Both the position numbers and the translations under genes were made by a program. The notes under the pieces were generated by a model. That model did no database searches, was not told the DNA's origin, and was given only the letters and a program-made list of their open reading frames with translations. 64,000 nt of DNA, from the NCBI RefSeq assembly GCF_001194135.2, contig NC_068994.1, positions 3,032,717-3,096,716 on the forward strand, in the 5' to 3' direction. Source of the stretch: Octopus bimaculoides. Lineage: Eukaryota. Positions 54,938 through 64,000 of this stretch are shown here, one piece after another. Position 1 is the first letter of the stretch. Each line of letters opens with the position of its first letter.

Positions 54938-57900
54938 GACACACAGACAGGCAGACAGACAGAAAGAGAGGAAGAAAGAGAGAGAGACAGACAGAAGTGT
55001 AGGGGTTATAGTTGTGTGTGTGTATGTGTATGAGTGTTTGTGTGTCTNNNNNNNNNNNNNNNNNNNNNNNNNNNNNNNNNNNNNNNNNNNNNNNNNNNNN
55101 NNNNNNNNNNNNNNNNNNNNNNNNNNNNNNNNNNNNNNNNNNNNNNNNNNNNNNNNNNNNNNNNNNNNNNNNNNNNNNNNNNNNNNNNNNNNNNNNNNNN
55201 NNNNNNNNNNNNNNNNNNNNNNNNNNNNNNNNNNNNNNNNNNNNNNNNNNNNNNNNNNNNNNNNNNNNNNNNNNNNNNNNNNNNNNNNNNNNNNNNNNNN
55301 NNNNNNNNNNNNNNNNNNNNNNNNNNNNNNNNNNNNNNNNNNNNNNNNNNNNNNNNNNNNNNNNNNNNNNNNNNNNNNNNNNNNNNNNNNNNNNNNNNNN
55401 NNNNNNNNNNNNNNNNNNNNNNNNNNNNNNNNNNNNNNNNNNNNNNNNNNNNNNNNNNNNNNNNNNNNNNNNNNNNNNNNNNNNNNNNNNNNNNNNNNNN
55501 NNNNNNNNNNNNNNNNNNNNNNNNNNNNNNNNNNNNNNNNNNNNNNNNNNNNNNNNNNNNNNNNNNNNNNNNNNNNNNNNNNNNNNNNNNNNNNNNNNNN
55601 NNNNNNNNNNNNNNNNNNNNNNNNNNNNNNNNNNNNNNNNNNNNNNNNNNNNNNNNNNNNNNNNNNNNNNNNNNNNNNNNNNNNNNNNNNNNNNNNNNNN
55701 NNNNNNNNNNNNNNNNNNNNNNNNNNNNNNNNNNNNNNNNNNNNNNNNNNNNNNNNNNNNNNNNNNNNNNNNNNNNNNNNNNNNNNNNNNNNNNACCACA
55801 CGGTCACTCCTGCGCCTATATATATAAATATACATACAACAAGCTTCTTTCAGTTTCCCATCTACCAAATCCACTCACAAAGCTTTGGTTGGCCCGAGGC
55901 TATAGTAGAAGATGCTTGCCCAAGGTGCCATGCAGTGGGATTGAACCTAGAACCATGTGGTTGGGAAGCAAGCTTCTTACCACACACCCATGCCTGCACC
56001 TTGTCATAAATAATCAAAGCCCCCCCCCTTTTCATAATGAATCGATCATCAATTTACCCCTGTTGCCATTTCTCACAGCAGTTAGTTGGGTTACCCTGCA
56101 TCAAACCTGTGGTACTCGGGCTACATGCAGAACTTTATGAGTTTTTGTGTGGTACATGTCATATATACATGTAATGTTTACATGTCGAAACACATGGCTT
56201 AGTGGTTAAGGTTGTGGGACTCGTGATCATAAGACTGTGGTTTCAATTCCTGAACCGGGCAATGTGTTGTGTTCTTCAGCAAAACCCTTCATTTCACATT
56301 GCTTCGGTCCACTCAACTGGCAAACATGAGTAATCCTGCAACAGACTGGCATCTTGTCCAGTCAGTTGGGAATATGTATCCATTTAGCATTCAGATTCTT
56401 CTCACAAATGTAATGGTTTATTTATTCACATTGTTTTGTATTAATTATGCATTATCATGTAGCCCTGACATTTTGATCATGTGGTTGCTTATTTTCAGAA
56501 TGATAATGTAGGGCGGATGTAAGAGGCCAGATCCAGCCAATTTTAAATGTAAAGCAAATAGAATATACAGGCCTGATATGACTGCTTTGGATGTTAAAGG
56601 GATTATGTCACAGAACCTGGGAAATGAGAGATCTGAACTTATGGCTCAGGATGGACCCTTGAGCCTTGAATGTTTGCATATATATAATATCATATCTTCT
56701 TATTCTTTTATTCTTCTACTTGTTTCAGTCATTTGACTGTGGCCATGCTGGAGCAATACCTTTAGTTGAACAAATCAACCCTAGGGCTTATTCTTTGTAA
56801 GCCTAGTACTTATTCTATCCATCCCTTTTGCCAAACCACTAAGTAAATTGACCCCAGGATTTATTTTTTGTAAGCTTAATAATTATCCAACTGTAAAAAT
56901 CCTGCCAAAACAGTCACAGAAGTTTGGTGCAGGCTTCTTCCTGGCCGGCTCTTGTGAAACCATCTCACCCATGCCAGCATGGAAGGCAGATGTTAAATGA
57001 TGATGATAATGAGGATACACAGTTTATGGACCTATTTTAAAAATCAGGATCTACAGAAGTAAAAGCAAAAAAATATGAATGATAAAAGTCCTCAGCAGGA
57101 CACAGAATAAACACAGGAAGGATAGGATAGCACTGAGGTGTTTAAAGCGAGTTGAACACTTTACAAGAATGTTGTGCCATCATCTTTAGGTCCGCTTCTC
57201 TTATATTTTGGCCTTACTTTGGGCCCCCAAGTCCTTGAGGAAATTGTTGAAGCACTGTTGTCACACATAGCATGTCTTGGACATTCTTAGACCAGGCAGA
57301 ACCTTCTGCCCTTCTTCGGTTGAAACGACAGAGGATTTCTTCCCGAAAGAGACAAAGAGTTCGGTTGAAAGAAATGATGAGATAGAAAAGAAATCGGCAT
57401 GCTGATCCCAGTACAGCACTGGTATTTTATTTATTGACCCCCAAAAGGCTGAAAGGTAAAGGTAAACTTCATGGAATTTAAACTCGGCATTATTTCATAA
57501 GGGCTGCTGCTAAAAACATATTGTCCATGTCTGATGCGGTACTTTTTGTTCAAGCAGATGGACTGGGCCTTCGAAAACTTTAAAATAATGATAAAGTTAT
57601 TTGACAAAATTCTTCATTATTTTCAAAATTGATTAGTGTATTTCAATGGAAATATGGTAATAAAAAGGTAAAGGGCCTCAGGTTTGGCAATGCCATGCAT
57701 AAACCCCTAAACTCTTAAGTCACTTGTGAAGCTTTACAGTTAATAATAAATATATAAGCACTACTTTACATATTGGCCCCTACATATACATACATGCATG
57801 GCATTTTGGGAAAGTGTCTTCTACTGCAGCCCCACAAAGACCAAAGCTTTGTGAGTGGATTTGGTAAACAGAAACTGAAAGAAACCTGTCGTATGTATGT

Positions 57901-58414
57901 ATGTATGTGTATGTATGTGTATGTGTGTCTATATATATGTATGTATGCATGGATACATGCATGCATGTATATATGTATGTACATATGTATATATTTATGT
58001 ATGTGCATATGTATATATGTATGTATGTGCATATGTACATATGTATGTGTGTCTGTGTTTGCGATTGTCCCCCATCACTGCTTGACAACTGGTGTTGGTT
58101 TGTCTACGTCCCTGTGACTTAGCAGCTCAGCAAAATAGTTCGATAGAATAAATACTAAGCTTTAAAAAAATGAATAATTCCTGTATTTAGAGAGTGAGAT
58201 GTCGTGTGTCGATAAGCCAGCTGGAGGAGATGTCCTCCTGGGGCTAAAAGCAACAGTAACATCCACCCCTAGGGGTCAGCCACACTTAAGTGGCAATATA
58301 CTACACTATATGTATATATATATATACATATGAAAACCATGAGCATCACATCACATCCCATAATTATGTTCTCTCTTATCTATACAACAGAATCACTATT
58401 CACGTGTGAGCTTG

Positions 58415-58449
<35 letters not shown>

Positions 58450-58505
58450 ATATATACATACATACATATATGTATATATATGCATACATATATGTATATA
58501 TATAT

Positions 58506-58543
<38 letters not shown>

Positions 58544-59239
58544 ATGGATGTATGTATGTATGTATGTATGCATTTTTGTATATGTGAGTGTGCCTATACA
58601 ACTGTGCGTGTGTTTATACCCACTCATCTGCCACATTCTCCTCCTGCTTCGCATCCCCAGCCCCTCCATCCCCTCCACCCATCACCGTTCATTTCTGGCA
58701 TGCATGGCATGTCACTGGCCCATACTGATCAAAACACTAACACTGAAATGAGAGCGCACGGGGAGCAGCAGCGGCAGCAGCAGCAACAATCTTTACAATG
58801 ACCATCATCATTTTCATCATTAGCATCAGCATCATCATCATCACATCAGTGTCATTATCATCTTCTTATCCTCATCTTCTTCATCTGATGATCCTCACCA
58901 TCATCATCAGCATCATTGTCATCATTGTCATAATTGCCGTCGTCGTCATCTTCTTCTTCTTCTTCTTCTTCTTCATCGTCACCTGCTTCTACATTATCAT
59001 CATCATCATAATCATCGTTATCATCTGCTGAAGAATTTTTGCAACATTCCGTCAATGCATGCTGCCAACAAATATGTGCAACACCAGCACCAATATCTTG
59101 CAGCTGCTATTGTTGCTGCAGCCGACACTGCCTGCTTCTTATAAAGAATTAATTTGCAAGGAATTTCCGGAAAACATCTGAAGCTTTCATGTTCTACATT
59201 TTATATTTTTTGTGATTGTTGTTGTCGTCGTCGTCGTCG

Positions 59240-59273
<34 letters not shown>

Positions 59274-59324
59274 TGTTATTATTGTTATTGTTAAAGAAAT
59301 CATTATTATTACTACTACTACAAC

Positions 59325-59380
<56 letters not shown>

Positions 59381-60140
59381 TGCTGTTACGTCCTGAGTTC
59401 AAATTCCACTGAGGTCATCTTTGCCTTTCATCCTTTCGGAGTTGATAAAATAAGTACCAGTTGGACACTGGGGGGTCGATGTAATCAACTCATACCCCTT
59501 CCAAAAAATTGCTGTCCTTGAGGCAAAATTTGAAACCATTANNNNNNNNNNNNNNNNNNNNNNNNNNNNNNNNNNNNNNNNNNNNNNNNNNNNNNNNNNN
59601 NNNNNNNNNNNNNNNNNNNNNNNNNNNNNNNNNNNNNNNNNNNNNNNNNNNNNNNNNNNNNNNNNNNNNNNNNNNNNNNNNNNNNNNNNNNNNNNNNNNN
59701 NNNNNNNNNNNNNNNNNNNNNNNNNNNNNNNNNNNNNNNNNNNNNNNNNNNNNNNNNNNNNNNNNNNNNNNNNNNNNNNNNNNNNNNNNNNNNNNNNNNN
59801 NNNNNNNNNNNNNNNNNNNNNNNNNNNNNNNNNNNNNNNNNNNNNNNNNNNNNNNNNNNNNNNNNNNNNNNNNNNNNNNNNNNNNNNNNNNNNNNNNNNN
59901 NNNNNNNNNNNNNNNNNNNNNNNNNNNNNNNNNNNNNNNNNNNNNNNNNNNNNNNNNNNNNNNNNNNNNNNNNNNNNNNNNNNNNNNNNNNNNNNNNNNN
60001 NNNNNNNNNNNNNNNNNNNNNNNNNNNNNNNNNNNNNNNNNNNNNNNNNNNNNNNNNNNNNNNNNNNNNNNNNNNNNNNNNNNNNNNNNNNNNNNNNNNN
60101 NNNNNNNNNNNNNNNNNNNNNNNNNNNNNNNNNNNNNNNN

Positions 60141-60405
60141 CACGCAGCTATCCTCATCCATTCTCACCACATGTCCATACCAGCGCAATCGTCTCTCTTG
60201 CACACCACAACTGATGCTTCTAATGTTCAGCTTTTCTCTCAAGATACTTACACTCTGACGGGTATTCACATTGACATTACACATCCAACGGAGCATACTG
60301 GCTTCATTCCTTGCAAGCTTACGTATGTCCTCAGCAGTTACAGCCCATGTTTCACTGCCATGTAGCATGGCTGTTCGTACGCATGCGTCATACAGTCTGC
60401 CTTTT
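60141..60405 (-). mobile_element. RTE-clade LINE fragment (post-RT region), 5'-truncated, runs into gap
   Basis: KGRLYDACVRTAMLHGSETWAVTAEDIRKLARNEASMLRWMCNV...LREKLNIRSISCGVQERRLRWYGHVVRMDEDSCV matches the RTE motifs LYGSETW and RLRWxGHVxRM. Confidence 0.9.
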
Positions 60406-60484
60406 ATTATCATCATCATTATTATTATCATTGTCATTATTATTATTATCATTATTATTATCATTATCATTATTATTATTATTA

Positions 60485-60534
<50 letters not shown>

Positions 60535-60879
60535 GAGCTTTATAGTGTCAAGACATCCTTTTGATTTTCACTTCAAAACATTCGAGCATTACCTCATGAA
60601 ATTTTCATTGGAGTAAGAAGAACAATAATTGCGAAAGAAGTGACTGCCTTGATATTTGGAGGTAGACAACAGCAACAACAAAAACGGTTTGCTTCGTAAA
60701 CCTTTAGAATTTCAGAGGAATCGATGCTAAATGTGTCGAAACAATTGTTGTGATTAATAATAAATTCTCGTATATTCCATCTTCCGTCTTTCATTTACCA
60801 TATACATAACAATCACTGTGAAAGTGACCATGCTTTACCAGTAAGCTACCAGGTGTAAACCATTCATTTTATTATCCAT

Positions 60880-60913
<34 letters not shown>

Positions 60914-61156
60914 CATATAATGGATATACATATAGATATATATAGGTTACGAGAGGTAATGGTGTCAATAAGACCCAAAGGTGTCAGGTAATGCTGAGTA
61001 AGTTTTATGGACAGACTATGGTTAAGCTCCAGGTTCGGTGATTATGCAAATGAGGAGTCCAACGCAGGTCATATATCAGCATGTGTATATATAAAAAATT
61101 TTTAGAATGAGATAAAAATCCAAAGCTGTGAAAGATTTCAGAACATTTATAAATAG

Positions 61157-61210
61157 AAAGCCTTACAGCTGTTTCTGGGATATTTTATATATCCCTTCAT
61201 CGGACACAGT
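61157..61210 (-). ncRNA. Degenerate type-I minimal hammerhead ribozyme motif (Penelope pseudo-LTR type)
   Basis: The minus strand reads GTGT CCGATGA A GGGATAT-ATAAA-ATATCCC A GAAA C-AGCT-G TA AGGC: core CUGAUGA with U4>C, a 7-bp stem II, GAAA, a palindromic stem III, a GUA triplet, and stem I with 3 of 4 pairs. Confidence 0.55.
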
Positions 61211-62017
61211 GTGAGAAAATAGTTAAGCAATAGTTATTCTAGATAAGATATAAAATAGAGAGTGAAGTGGAGGAATGAAAATAGACGTGAGATATCCAGG
61301 GATATTGTATCTGTAGTTCCATTATTTAGGCAGAATGGTATGCATATAAGATTCCTGTACCTTGTAAGTTCCAATAGTATTTAAAATTGGTCATTCCAAG
61401 CATAGATGAGTTTTTTTGAAGTGACTTAAAATTTGGGGATGTGTTCAAAAAAATGTGTTCAACGATCCACTTCTCACTGTTTATTGCTCCTTTTCTTATC
61501 GTCTTCATATACATTAAACCACAGTTTACCTTTTAAATTACCTACTACCGTATACCTTATAACAAGGACCATACATACTGAGGTAATACCAGGAGTGCCT
61601 ATGGATACATCTATCCCTTGTACCGAATTTTCCCTATTACCCCTTTTGTATTCTTCCTTTTTGTATCTTATTTTAATTTACTTTATTTTATTAAACCTTT
61701 TTTGATGTCCTTCCAAAAATTCTTCACACTGATGAGAATGACAATGTATAAATTTAATCATAATTACTATGATTATAATTTTTTTCTTACATATTTGTAT
61801 TGTCCTTTGAAACGTGCGTATGTAATGAATCTGAAATTGTATTAAATCTAATTTTGATGCAACATCGTTTTTTCCTCCATTTTTATATAATTGTTTATGG
61901 TATATTTATACCTATAATGATATTTTTCAACTATATATATATATATGTATGTATGTAATGTGATGAATATATGTGTGTGTGTGTGTATGTATTTAATGTG
62001 ATGAATATATATATATA

Positions 62018-62054
<37 letters not shown>

Positions 62055-62367
62055 TATGTATGTAAGAACCAGATAAGTAGACCATATTACAGTGGGGCCA
62101 GTAGAAGTGATGTCTCATGGAGGTCAGTATTTATTTATAAATTCCTGTATTTATTGGAAAACTAAATATAAAACAAAGACAAAGAAGAGGAAAAGATGTG
62201 GGGGGAGAGTGAGGTGGAGGGGTTGAGGTGGGGGTTTTATGAATGTGGCAGGTATTACCTCTAGAATCTTCTTAATTAATATAATAACTGTGTCGTGTTT
62301 GGCATCATCCTCACATACACTTCCTGTTTGGCCCATTTTGCAAATGTTTGTTGATCTTTTTTTTCAC

Positions 62368-62414
<47 letters not shown>

Positions 62415-63188
62415 TATCACCATCATCACAACGGCCATCATCATGTTCATCACCACCACCATAATCATCATCATCATAACCACCACCAAAACCATCGCAA
62501 TCACCACCACCACCACCACCACCACCACCACCATCATCATCATCACCATCATCATCATCATCCAAGCTGTGTCATTATATCACCTTACCAACATATGTGA
62601 TGTTCCCTCTACCAGTACCACAAACAACAACCACAAATAATTAATTGCTGTTGCCACCTGCACCACCACCACCACCGCCGCTGCCACCCCAGCCTCCAAC
62701 ACCCCAGCCCCACCCCAGCCCCATCCATCCCCCACTCCCATCGTCATCAGTTCCATCAACAACATTCCAGATGCCCGTAAACATCTGTGAAATGCCAGGA
62801 AGTGTAAGTGGAGTACAGAAAGAACTGCACTCCCGTAAATAGCAACACTGCACTGTTTTGTGTGCACTTGACTCAACTAGAGCAGCCACTGCAGTATAAT
62901 GTGCAGCAGTTGGCCTTTGACCTCATTTCTTACACGCTCTTGCACAGTTATGCTGCACACTTAATGCAACTAAACAATAAAAATTGTACACTCACACATT
63001 GCACTCACACTGACACACTCACACTCACACACAGATTGGAGTGGGGGGATATGTATATGTATGTCTATATACGTGTGTGTGTGTGTGTATGTATATTCAT
63101 ATATATGTGTGTATACATATATATAGAGATGAGAAGAGAGAGCAGGGAAAGAGACAGACAAATAAACAGGTAGATATATCTCTCTCTT

Positions 63189-63275
<87 letters not shown>

Positions 63276-63639
63276 TCATCATCATCATCATTTAACGTTT
63301 GTTGTCCATGCTGGTAAGCTTAGGAGCTGCACCAGACTCCAGTCTGATTTAGCATGGTTTCTACATCTGGATGCCTTTCCTAAAGCCAAACACTCCGAAA
63401 GTGTAACGGGTGTTTTTACATGCCATCGGCGCAGGTACCATGTGGTTGGGAAGCAAGCTTCTTGCCGCTGCCTTGCTAAAATGAGAGCATCAATAGTGCA
63501 TCTCTCTTCTGGCTCAATAATCTGGGGCTAGTTTAGCCCAAGGGTAACACTGGTCAAACTAACCTTCTTGCCTCAGCAACATTTGACGTGTTGTGACAGA
63601 TTTTCCTCAAGCATCATGTTATTTATCTCCCCTGTTATC

Positions 63640-63870
63640 ACTCACCACCATTGGTCTGAGCCATACATTTTGAGAGATTTTACATTGCTCTGGAGAGAAT
63701 CCAATTTTAGTTCTAAGACTTTCCAGATTAACTGAAGCCTTGTGAACACCACACAAGCTTTAATAAGCCTTGCTTCATGTCCCCTTCCCCTTTTTTGACT
63801 TGATTGATAAGGCTTCCTAAATATGTGAAGTCCTTCCACATAGTTTCTCATCCTTAATGATATGTGTAGG
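63640..63870 (-). mobile_element. Degraded RTE reverse-transcriptase C-terminal fragment
   Basis: KDFTYLGSLI followed by ARLIKACVVFTRLQLIWK..QSNVKSLKMYGSDQW matches RTE FTYLGS..RIxKAxxAFxxLxxIWK..SNVKSVLLYGSETW. Confidence 0.7.
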
Positions 63871-64000
63871 ACTGTTAGAGTTTATGAACATGTGTTTTTT
63901 GAGGGGCTGATGTTAAGATTTATCTACTTTACATAATTGTTCAACCAGTCAGTTATCTCCTGTTGAGATATGCAAACATACACCTTCTTCTTGTCTGTTT

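Noticed and set aside
54735-56140. Long ORFs of 270-380 aa (also 26980-27756, 37537-38325, 59399-60258)
   Set aside because: They consist mostly of N-run X residues.
57285-57340. Hairpin GGCAGAA-CC-TTCTGCC with CCGAAGA on the minus strand as a hammerhead
   Set aside because: GAAA and stem III are missing after the hairpin; too little support.

Overview
AT-rich eukaryotic genomic DNA with many assembly gaps, extremely dense in microsatellites, SINEs and LINE relics. The protocadherin sequence and the SINE/RTE repertoire point to an octopus (coleoid cephalopod) genome; this is an inference. The first ~12 kb looks like part of a tandem protocadherin array. Positions 1-559 are a decayed protocadherin whose extracellular part is pseudogenised while its cytoplasmic tail and splice donor are intact. 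A second protocadherin is open where visible. Its large exon spans 7555-9994 (signal peptide, EC1-EC4, a gap that would hold EC5-6, TM, cytoplasmic tail), and two short downstream exons missed by the ORF track lie at 10595-10757 and 11759-11841. The remaining ~52 kb has no confidently identifiable host gene. It holds at least four SINE/LINE-tail families, RTE and Jockey/CR1-group LINE relics, a Penelope GIY-YIG relic, a Penelope-type minimal hammerhead motif, a foldback MITE, minisatellites and several orphan candidate exons. Nearly all other ORF-track entries are microsatellite or N-run artefacts.
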